64,000 nucleotides of DNA from a virus: positions 1-64,000 of the IMG/VR virus record IMGVR_UViG_3300046387_000246. One strand, 5' to 3'. The first letter of the stretch is position 1, and each line of letters opens with the position of its first letter. The notes beneath the pieces were generated by a model. It saw only the letters and a list, made by a program, of their open reading frames with translations, had not been told where the DNA came from and ran no database searches. The translations under genes were made by a program, and so were the position numbers. Below, in pieces: positions 1 through 6,318 of this stretch.

Positions 1-42
1 TGGATTCTCAACAGACAACGAAGTAAAAGGACTTAACTTCAG

Positions 43-222
43 ATGAAAAGACGTTACATTTTTGAATGCGAAATTGAAGTCAGCGATCTAGATGATATTC
101 AATGGAAGCATCTACCCGAAGAGATACAAATGTATCTAGATTCTAACTATGAGCATAATAACACATCAAATGTTATTAGGTGGAATATTAGAGATAAATT
201 CCCTTTAATTAAGGACAGTTAA
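43..222 (+). CDS. small early hypothetical protein (59 aa, MKRRYIFECEIEV...FPLIKDS)
   Basis: Manually translated ORF below the track cut-off; ATGA overlap with an upstream partial ORF; its stop lies inside the repeat element at 214. Confidence 0.7.
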   Translation: MKRRYIFECEIEVSDLDDIQWKHLPEEIQMYLDSNYEHNNTSNVIRWNIRDKFPLIKDS

Positions 223-269
223 ATATGTGTCACAATACACCTAGAATAGGGTACAAAATACCTTATAAT
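214..269 (+). promoter_or_regulatory. early promoter element copy 1: GACAGTT-N6-GTGTCAC, 30 bp, TATAAT
   Basis: GACAGTT 214-220, GTGTCAC 227-233, TATAAT 264-269; no -35 box; one of five copies with conserved spacing. Confidence 0.85.
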
Positions 270-294
270 AGTAGTATAGAAACAAAAAGACTAA

Positions 295-522
295 ATGAAA
301 CCAAATCTTTACACAATGATGTTCAATACAGTCTTATCGATAGACTTTGGAAGAACATTCTGGTTAGATGAGCAAAAAGAACTATGTTCAGCACCAACTT
401 TTACAGATGGTTCAACTGACTGGGATATGTCAGACTATGTTTGCGACTGGACAGATCTAGATGGTATAAATCTAGGTAAATTACTTAACATTCAAAAATC
501 ACTTCTTAAGGACTTCCAATAA
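295..522 (+). CDS. early hypothetical protein
   Basis: 75-aa ORF directly downstream of promoter copy 1. Confidence 0.75.
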   Translation: MKPNLYTMMFNTVLSIDFGRTFWLDEQKELCSAPTFTDGSTDWDMSDYVCDWTDLDGINLGKLLNIQKSLLKDFQ

Positions 523-818
523 TGACAAACGATACAAAACTCACAAATGACCAACTCACCGAAATGAAGGATTCATTCGTTGAGATTATGGTAGATGGGA
601 TGGACACCAAAACCTTAGCACGTTATGTTTATGACTCAATGAGTGAGTACTATGAAAAGATGAATGAACACGATTTCAAAGAAGAAATGGATAATTACGA
701 TGAATGCCTTTATGATGAGTTAATGGAAAATGCACTCATTGAAGATGAAGAAGAAAAAGAAGAACACTTCTCAGAAATTCTATTTGATAGAGAAGTTGGA
801 GGTGCTATTGATGACTAA
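522..818 (+). CDS. highly acidic early hypothetical protein
   Basis: 98 aa, very D/E rich, TAATG coupling to the previous ORF. Confidence 0.8.
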   Translation: MTNDTKLTNDQLTEMKDSFVEIMVDGMDTKTLARYVYDSMSEYYEKMNEHDFKEEMDNYDECLYDELMENALIEDEEEKEEHFSEILFDREVGGAIDD

Positions 819-1020
819 TTACAATTCACCTAGTGAGATCGGTGTTGGTGATGTTGTAAAGTACAATAACACACAATACACAGTTTTGACCAATTACATA
901 AAAGGTCAGACTGATGCAAAAGGTCATACACCTAGAGAAAACAGAACTATTTTAATTGATGCAGAAGACAATCGTACAATGTGTCAAGATTTTAACCTAT
1001 TGGAGATTATTTCACAATGA
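811..1020 (+). CDS. early hypothetical protein, possible SH3-like barrel (IGVGDVVKY...)
   Basis: Track ORF 730..1020; the start is more likely ATG 811 (GGAGG upstream), which minimises overlap. Confidence 0.65.
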   Translation: MTNYNSPSEIGVGDVVKYNNTQYTVLTNYIKGQTDAKGHTPRENRTILIDAEDNRTMCQDFNLLEIISQ

Positions 1021-1202
1021 CAACAAAAGAGAGAGATTTAACTGGTCAGCAGTATATTAACGTAATTGCTGAATTACCTGATAAAGATTTTTATCCTATT
1101 GCTGAACAGATATGGAAAGCACTTGATAGAAATAACATCAAACTTGCTCAAGATGCTGAACTTAGTATAAGAGTATATAATTTTGAAGAATATACTGAAT
1201 AA
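1017..1202 (+). CDS. early hypothetical protein
   Basis: ATGA overlap; stop TAA abuts repeat copy 2. Confidence 0.75.
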   Translation: MTTKERDLTGQQYINVIAELPDKDFYPIAEQIWKALDRNNIKLAQDAELSIRVYNFEEYTE

Positions 1203-1258
1203 GACAGTTGGATTAGTGTCACAAGAGTACTACTATTAGGGCATCCATCCATTATAAT
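1203..1258 (+). promoter_or_regulatory. early promoter element copy 2
   Basis: GACAGTT 1203-1209, GTGTCAC 1216-1222, 30-bp spacer, TATAAT 1253-1258. Confidence 0.85.
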
Positions 1259-1283
1259 AGGTATATACAAACGAATTAAGAAA

Positions 1284-1472
1284 ATGAAAAAAGGTTTAAA
1301 CATCGAAGTCACATCCACACAGTACGATTATCTTTATGATGTACTAATGGAAGCATATGCTAATGACGTAGCAGAGCAAAAAGACTGGGATGTCCAAACT
1401 TTCGATAATCTAATTGACAATGTGTGTCAAGCACAACAGACTAACCTATCCAATTCAGTAAAAGGAGCATAG
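1284..1472 (+). CDS. early hypothetical protein (acidic)
   Basis: 62-aa ORF after promoter copy 2. Confidence 0.75.
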   Translation: MKKGLNIEVTSTQYDYLYDVLMEAYANDVAEQKDWDVQTFDNLIDNVCQAQQTNLSNSVKGA

Positions 1473-1476
1473 TCTA

Positions 1477-1659
1477 ATGAGTTGCATACAAAACGAGACA
1501 ATCCTAGAAAATCTATACGATGAAGTATGGGAAGAGTATAGGATTAAAAACAATCTTACTTCAGATCAACTTGATGCTATCGATCAGAATTCTGATCTAG
1601 GTTATCTACCAGTAATTGCAGATGAAGCACAAAAACGTTTCGAGGATTTAATTCAATGA
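1477..1659 (+). CDS. early hypothetical protein (MSCIQNETILENLYDE...)
   Basis: AAGGAG RBS; 60 aa. Confidence 0.75.
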   Translation: MSCIQNETILENLYDEVWEEYRIKNNLTSDQLDAIDQNSDLGYLPVIADEAQKRFEDLIQ

Positions 1660-1985
1660 ATTTACATAATGAGGTTATTGCTGAATCACTCACAAATTTG
1701 AAAAAAGAAGGATTTGATGTTAGAGAGTCAGATCTTGATATGGTTGCTATAGCAGATGAAGCAAAAAAACGAGTTGCTCAATCACTTGCAAATTTTGATA
1801 AAAGCAATCAAATTAAACTTGATTTCTTGACAGATACCTACACACAATGGTTACTACAGGAAAATATCTATGAACGTATATGTGCATCGGATCTAAGATA
1901 TGGATCATATGATTTGAGCGATGAGCAAAATCAATGGTTAGAAACATTCATTGAGATATGGGACATTATAGCGGAGGTGGATTAA
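1656..1985 (+). CDS. early hypothetical protein; N-half paralogous to the preceding ORF
   Basis: ATGA overlap; shared NE.I.E.L and IADEA.KR motifs. Confidence 0.75.
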   Translation: MNLHNEVIAESLTNLKKEGFDVRESDLDMVAIADEAKKRVAQSLANFDKSNQIKLDFLTDTYTQWLLQENIYERICASDLRYGSYDLSDEQNQWLETFIEIWDIIAEVD

Positions 1986-2003
1986 ATGAAGTCAAGCAGT
2001 CTT

Positions 2004-2062
2004 GTGACAGTTATTTTAGTGTCACTCTTTCTCTTCCATTCGATACCAGTAACCTCTATAAT
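2004..2062 (+). promoter_or_regulatory. early promoter element copy 3 (full palindrome GTGACA-N10-TGTCAC)
   Basis: GTGACAGTT 2004-2012, GTGTCAC 2019-2025, 31-bp spacer, TATAAT 2057-2062. Confidence 0.85.
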
Positions 2063-2087
2063 ATTAGTATAAGCAACAAAGAGGTCA

Positions 2088-2252
2088 ATGGACAATTACA
2101 CCGCACTTCTCACTCTCATAGGAGACATCAATAACTCTTTCTCTCATCTAGAGGACGAGGATTCAGCAGATATATGCGATGGTGACATCAAATTGCTAGA
2201 CAAAGCAGTTAAAAGATTTAAAACTACAGTATGGGAGAATCAACTAAAATGA
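2088..2252 (+). CDS. small early hypothetical protein (54 aa, MDNYTALLTLIGDINNSF...)
   Basis: Manual ORF; GAGG RBS; TGA overlaps the ATG of the nuclease gene. Confidence 0.7.
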   Translation: MDNYTALLTLIGDINNSFSHLEDEDSADICDGDIKLLDKAVKRFKTTVWENQLK

Positions 2253-2761
2253 ACGTAATACAAATGTTTTCAGCAGAACAACGCTATCAAAAACTATTTG
2301 AACAAATGTATGAGATATGCGAAACTGAAGGATGGGGTGACCCATTCTCTTATGCAAGATCTAGAGAAATCCATATGGCAGGCGTTTTAGGTCATAGGGT
2401 TGCGGATGACTATTCTGGTGCGGATGCATATGATAAGTATGATCTACCAGTAGAATATAAGTCCACTATAGGTAAGAAACTAACAGCAACTTACAATGGA
2501 ATTTCAGTTCAAGATAGTTGGGATAAACAAGTAGAATACATTCTCAATGAAAAGATCGGAAAATACCATCATCACTATTATGCACGATATGAAGGAGGTC
2601 AGATAGTTGAAGTATGGAGACTAACAGCGAAGCAAGTCTATGATAAATTACTTCCAAATCTCAAAAGACAATTTCATTCAACTAAGGTTAAAAAAGACCC
2701 TAGACTTGGATATACTCTATCAGAAAAGTATATCTATGAAGTTGGTACACAAATCATTTAA
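2249..2761 (+). CDS. PD-(D/E)XK endonuclease, PvuII-like type II restriction enzyme fold
   Basis: Motifs align end to end with R.PvuII as I recall it: EGWGDPF~HGINDIF, GADAYD..VEYKS~GNDAVD..YELKS, IGKY..YYARYEGGQIVEVWRL~IAKY..WIFAIYRGIAIEAIYRL, EKYIYEVGTQII~VKYVMEHGTKIY. Start probably 2249 (ATGA coupling). Confidence 0.7.
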   Translation: MNVIQMFSAEQRYQKLFEQMYEICETEGWGDPFSYARSREIHMAGVLGHRVADDYSGADAYDKYDLPVEYKSTIGKKLTATYNGISVQDSWDKQVEYILNEKIGKYHHHYYARYEGGQIVEVWRLTAKQVYDKLLPNLKRQFHSTKVKKDPRLGYTLSEKYIYEVGTQII

Positions 2762-2787
2762 TTCACCCAATTCTCCAGGAACTTATT

Positions 2788-3015
2788 ATGGAAACTGACA
2801 ACACAGTCATCGAAAATGAACGTCAAATGAATATAGACGTTTTTGCTAATCACTTCTTAAAGCAATGTAAAAAGCATATTGACAACGGTATGCTAGGCGA
2901 AGCGGATGCACTTTTTAATGAATTTATCGTTGATGGCATCGATCCCGAAGATGGTGACGTTAATTTCATTTTCTTACAAGATCTTACAGACTACTATCAC
3001 GAAGAGGAGGACTAA
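2788..3015 (+). CDS. acidic early hypothetical protein
   Basis: AGGA RBS; 75 aa. Confidence 0.75.
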   Translation: METDNTVIENERQMNIDVFANHFLKQCKKHIDNGMLGEADALFNEFIVDGIDPEDGDVNFIFLQDLTDYYHEEED

Positions 3016-3180
3016 ATGAAAGTCACTTTTAAAAACACTAAAAAAGAGATCTATGATGCTATGCTACGGTATGACAATATCAAATTTCTAAAAGAAAAGG
3101 ATATTATCAAATTGAAGCAAGAGCGTAATGTACTTGTCTATATTGCTATCATACTTTTTACCTTAATGTGTCTTACATAG
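3016..3180 (+). CDS. small protein with C-terminal transmembrane helix (54 aa)
   Basis: Manual ORF, GGAGG RBS, C-term VLVYIAIILFTLMCLT; TAG abuts repeat copy 4. Confidence 0.7.
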   Translation: MKVTFKNTKKEIYDAMLRYDNIKFLKEKDIIKLKQERNVLVYIAIILFTLMCLT

Positions 3181-3236
3181 GACACTTATATTACTGTCAC
3201 ATTCAGACGTGAATACAGGTGTTCATCCCTTATAAT
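3181..3236 (+). promoter_or_regulatory. early promoter element copy 4
   Basis: GACACTT 3181-3187, CTGTCAC 3194-3200, 30-bp spacer, TATAAT 3231-3236. Confidence 0.85.
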
Positions 3237-3264
3237 AGTAATATAAGCAACAGAGGAAAAAACA

Positions 3265-3657
3265 ATGGGATTCACTAAAGTACTTGCAAAGCACTCTAAC
3301 AAGACTGTAAGGTTAGACACCTATCAGAGATTACTTTTAACCGCAATCGATTCATATGGTAATGGCAGTTGGAAAAATAACGTATCACTACATCACAAAT
3401 ATGACCAGAGAGGAGCATTTGCAAATATTCTCATCGGTGGTAATGTAGTAGGTAAAGTTGTTTACGATATTCCACAGGATGACATATCCGCAGATGACTA
3501 TAGAGCAATCCACATTGATAAAACTAAATTCTCTAAAGTATCCTATATTGCATTTGTTAAAGATGCTGACTATGATATGCAGACCATCAAATATAGAAAT
3601 CTTTTATCAAAATTCTACTTAGTCATCCTTACCGATAATAAGATGATAAAGTACTAA
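3265..3657 (+). CDS. early hypothetical protein
   Basis: 130-aa ORF, GAGG RBS, sole gene between promoter copies 4 and 5. Confidence 0.75.
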   Translation: MGFTKVLAKHSNKTVRLDTYQRLLLTAIDSYGNGSWKNNVSLHHKYDQRGAFANILIGGNVVGKVVYDIPQDDISADDYRAIHIDKTKFSKVSYIAFVKDADYDMQTIKYRNLLSKFYLVILTDNKMIKY

Positions 3658-3673
3658 GAAGTCAAGCGATCTT

Positions 3674-3731
3674 GTGCCACTTTTATTACTGGCACTCGAT
3701 CACCTGTATTCACCCATTTATCCATTATAAT
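3674..3731 (+). promoter_or_regulatory. early promoter element copy 5 (covariant palindrome GTGCCA-N10-TGGCAC)
   Basis: GTGCCACTT 3674-3682, CTGGCAC 3689-3695, 30-bp spacer, TATAAT 3726-3731. Confidence 0.85.
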
Positions 3732-3756
3732 ATTAGTATAAGCAACAAAGGACACT

Positions 3757-4071
3757 ATGAGAAAAATCGAAGCACAAATGAACAGAGCAATCAGAACTGG
3801 AGAGAACTTCACTTCATCCAATACTTCAGTTACTCACACTTCTGAAGGTGCTAACGTTTACCTACACGGAAATCACATAGCAACAGTTAAGAGAAATTCA
3901 ATCCTATTGTTCGATGGCGGTTGGCAGTCCAATACAACTAAATCAAGACTAAACGCACTTTGCTATGAATTTTCATATGGTGCTAGAGTTTTCGCTAAGA
4001 ACTTTGAGTGGTTCGTAGGTTACAAGAATTTAACTGAAGAATTCGCTAATGGATTTGAGTTAGCACTATGA
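3757..4071 (+). CDS. conserved cyanophage early protein (MRKIE..M..AI...VYLHGNHIA...GGWQSNTTKSRLNAL)
   Basis: Motif pattern recalled from marine phage hypotheticals; AAGGA RBS. Confidence 0.8.
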   Translation: MRKIEAQMNRAIRTGENFTSSNTSVTHTSEGANVYLHGNHIATVKRNSILLFDGGWQSNTTKSRLNALCYEFSYGARVFAKNFEWFVGYKNLTEEFANGFELAL

Positions 4072-4199
4072 GCAATAAAAACACCCCATTAACGGAAGAG
4101 GTCTATAAGCAACTATGCGACCCTAGTCCCATTATACAATATTACTTTCAAATAAAACCAAATGAGAAGGAGGAGGATTTGACAGGGGTAGAAAACTGA
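4068..4199 (+). CDS. small hypothetical protein (43 aa)
   Basis: Manual ORF with ATGA overlap, ending just before a terminator hairpin. Confidence 0.5.
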   Translation: MSNKNTPLTEEVYKQLCDPSPIIQYYFQIKPNEKEEDLTGVEN

Positions 4200-4207
4200 T
4201 ATATACT
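4179..4207 (+). promoter_or_regulatory. host-like sigma70 promoter TTGACA-17-TATACT
   Basis: TTGACA 4179-4184, TATACT 4202-4207, upstream of the HNH ORF. Confidence 0.75.
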
Positions 4208-4231
4208 AGAGGGTATTATATCCCTCTTTTT
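4208..4231 (+). terminator. Rho-independent terminator-like hairpin ending the early cluster
   Basis: AGAGGG-tattatat-CCCTCT followed by a T run. Confidence 0.55.
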
Positions 4232-4244
4232 ATTATATCAAATT

Positions 4245-4574
4245 ATGAACCCATTTAAAAAGATCGATGAATCGACTTACCAGGATAGCGAAGGCATCCT
4301 ATATAAACCTATTCCACAATATGAGGATTATTTCGTTTCTAACCTAGGGGAAATATATTCTACGAAGTGGGGTAAATGGAAGAAATTAAAGACTCATCTT
4401 AATGAAAACGGTTACCGAAGAGTTACTTTAAGACAACACGGTAAAACCGTAGTCCGAAGGTGTGCTAGACTTACCGCACTTGCATACCATCCCCACGGAG
4501 ATAACAATCTCAACGTCATTCATATAGATAAGGACAAAGTAAACGACAAAGCGATAAACCTAAAATGGTTATAG
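4245..4574 (+). CDS. NUMOD4 + degenerate/truncated HNH protein
   Basis: YKPIPQYEDYFVSNLGEIYS (NUMOD4), NGYRRVTL, VIHIDKDKVNDKAINLKWL; ends before the usual T..EN..H helix. Confidence 0.75.
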   Translation: MNPFKKIDESTYQDSEGILYKPIPQYEDYFVSNLGEIYSTKWGKWKKLKTHLNENGYRRVTLRQHGKTVVRRCARLTALAYHPHGDNNLNVIHIDKDKVNDKAINLKWL

Positions 4575-4700
4575 TTTTCCACAGGGTTTTCCACAAAAGG
4601 TAGTATCCTTGAGTATATTTTAAATGGTTAAATAAATATACTTTAGTGTTTTATATTAATGGTTAATTCTTTATATAAACCTATCTAGGAATAGCACTCT
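4575..4700. promoter_or_regulatory. tandem DnaA boxes (TTTTCCACA x2) plus AT-rich tract: candidate replication origin
   Basis: TTTTCCACA at 4575-4583 and 4587-4595, then a nearly all-AT stretch at about 4612-4680 in the largest non-coding gap. Confidence 0.55.
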
Positions 4701-4750
4701 TAGCAGTCTATAATAGAATACTGATTACGTCAACTATATAACAACAGGGG

Positions 4751-4780
4751 TTGACAAATTAGGAAAACGTAGGTTATAAT
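4751..4780 (+). promoter_or_regulatory. consensus sigma70 promoter TTGACA-18-TATAAT
   Basis: TTGACA 4751-4756, TATAAT 4775-4780. Confidence 0.8.
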
Positions 4781-4834
4781 TAGAGAGTCAACGATTCACC
4801 CCACTAACTAACAACAATCCATCGCTAATTACTA

Positions 4835-4993
4835 ATGGGTAAGACATACAAACGGGATGACAATCCCCTGAGTAATATGTCAAATAGACCACGAAGTCTT
4901 AGAGAAAAGAGAAAACAATCAAAACTAAATAAGGGCAGAGTTTTTAACAACAACTCCGCAGATACTTCCAGGACTAAGTATCACAAACCGTAA
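4835..4993 (+). CDS. small basic protein (52 aa, MGKTYKRDDN...)
   Basis: Manual ORF downstream of the consensus promoter; K/R rich. Confidence 0.65.
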   Translation: MGKTYKRDDNPLSNMSNRPRSLREKRKQSKLNKGRVFNNNSADTSRTKYHKP

Positions 4994-5011
4994 CACCCTT
5001 AAATAATAACA

Positions 5012-5197
5012 ATGCCAAACAAATATGAGGTCTATTGTTCTCTATTAGATGAGGGTAATTTGCCACCTGATGAACAAATAGAGTTAGCACAATTCTTAAT
5101 AGATACAGGACTAAATGAGCAGTTGCTTCAGTATCAACAACTATGTGACTATTTCGTACTCGAAGGTTTATGTTATGAAGTAGGATTACCTACCTAA
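5012..5197 (+). CDS. hypothetical protein
   Basis: 61-aa ORF, acidic, helical. Confidence 0.7.
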   Translation: MPNKYEVYCSLLDEGNLPPDEQIELAQFLIDTGLNEQLLQYQQLCDYFVLEGLCYEVGLPT

Positions 5198-5346
5198 AGT
5201 AATACTAACTCGTATCGCTACTAAATGTTAATTAGGCACATATAAAAAAGTCCTTTGAGGTTAACCTACAACAGTATAGGGACAGCTATATTATCGAAAT
5301 CGCCCATTATGGTACCTAGATATAGAAAAAATCCCGCAGGAAAAAA

Positions 5347-5763
5347 ATGTCTCAGAAGTTGAAAAGAAAATACGAAGCTGAGTACGCTCAGTTCATCGGT
5401 AAGGAGTGGAGTAAGACCAAGGGTGGTGGTTGCTTCACTCTTTTGTTTGATATGGGAAAGGAGATAGGATATCACACCTGTAAGGAAGACTATTCATTCA
5501 CCGCCAAGGAGTTCCTTAGAGATCTCTGGGAAGCCGAGGATTGGACTGCGATTAAAACGTCGAGTATGGGTGAGGTATTTGATATCAGTGATCTACAAAA
5601 GTACGACATACTGGTGATGAGGTTGGAGAAAAGACTTAATCACTGTGCTGTGTACTTGGGAGAAGGGTTTATATTACATCACAAAGCGTTCTCGAAGTCT
5701 AACATAGAAGCAGTAGAAACCTATATACCTTCGACACTGTACGTTATACGAAAGAATGCATAG
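5347..5763 (+). CDS. NlpC/P60-family cysteine peptidase (lambda gpK-like)
   Basis: GGGCFTL catalytic Cys, D.LVM...NHCAVYLGEG.ILHH His motifs. Confidence 0.8.
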   Translation: MSQKLKRKYEAEYAQFIGKEWSKTKGGGCFTLLFDMGKEIGYHTCKEDYSFTAKEFLRDLWEAEDWTAIKTSSMGEVFDISDLQKYDILVMRLEKRLNHCAVYLGEGFILHHKAFSKSNIEAVETYIPSTLYVIRKNA

Positions 5764-5914
5764 ATTCACAACAACTATTGAAGAAGATGATGATACAGGG
5801 GAACTGTTTGTTAAACTACCAGAGTCTTTATTATCTGCTGCTGACTTAAATATCGGAGATGTGGTAGAATATAGTGTAGAAAATGAAACTATTATCTTAA
5901 CTAAAGATCAATGA
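5756..5914 (+). CDS. AbrB/MazE-like swapped-hairpin DNA-binding protein (52 aa)
   Basis: Manual ORF: MHRFTTTIEEDDDTGELFVKLPESLLSAADLNIGDVVEYSVENETIILTK matches the G.L...LP..L....L..GD.V......I.L pattern. Confidence 0.7.
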   Translation: MHRFTTTIEEDDDTGELFVKLPESLLSAADLNIGDVVEYSVENETIILTKDQ

Positions 5915-6102
5915 AAAACTCTTTTGCTGATTTAACTGCAAGTGAATTGGAAATGTGTTATGATGCAGTTAGGTATTATCAAATGAATCATATAGGACCT
6001 TTTAAACACGGACCTTATGAAACTGCTAATTCTATCTTAGCCAAACTACATTATGTAAAGACCCCCTATGACAGATCACAAGCAGTCGGAACAGCAGACT
6101 GA
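5911..6102 (+). CDS. hypothetical protein
   Basis: 63 aa, ATGA coupling. Confidence 0.65.
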   Translation: MKNSFADLTASELEMCYDAVRYYQMNHIGPFKHGPYETANSILAKLHYVKTPYDRSQAVGTAD

Positions 6103-6274
6103 GTGGACAATTACTCTCACTAAAGAAGAACGTCAGCTCATATGCAACTCAGGCGGTTGGTGTTTGTTATACAAGGCTGAAGTCTGTGGTGGCAAACCCC
6201 TTGAGAACGTTCAGAAGACGTGGAGATCAATCCGTGCTAAACTAGAAGCTCCTGAGAAGGGATTCATAGAGTAG
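6068..6274 (+). CDS. hypothetical protein
   Basis: 68-aa ORF in the operon run. Confidence 0.6.
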   Translation: MTDHKQSEQQTEWTITLTKEERQLICNSGGWCLLYKAEVCGGKPLENVQKTWRSIRAKLEAPEKGFIE

Positions 6275-6318
6275 TAAACCCCTCTGAAACCTTACCCCCG
6301 CGAGCGTCGTAACTAACT

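Noticed and set aside
730-810. Poly-Lys N-terminus of track ORF 730..1020
   Set aside because: Off-frame reading of the Glu-rich end of ORF 522..818; the true start is likely 811.
2003-2026. Dyad as a CRP or NtcA site
   Set aside because: Spacing does not match TGTGA-N6-TCACA or GTA-N8-TAC.
214-3750. Early repeats as a CRISPR array
   Set aside because: Repeats are degenerate, spaced 0.5-1.2 kb apart, separated by whole genes, and contain TATAAT; no cas genes.
4245-4574. Intron-encoded or active mobile homing endonuclease
   Set aside because: Free-standing, no interrupted host gene, and the active site is incomplete.
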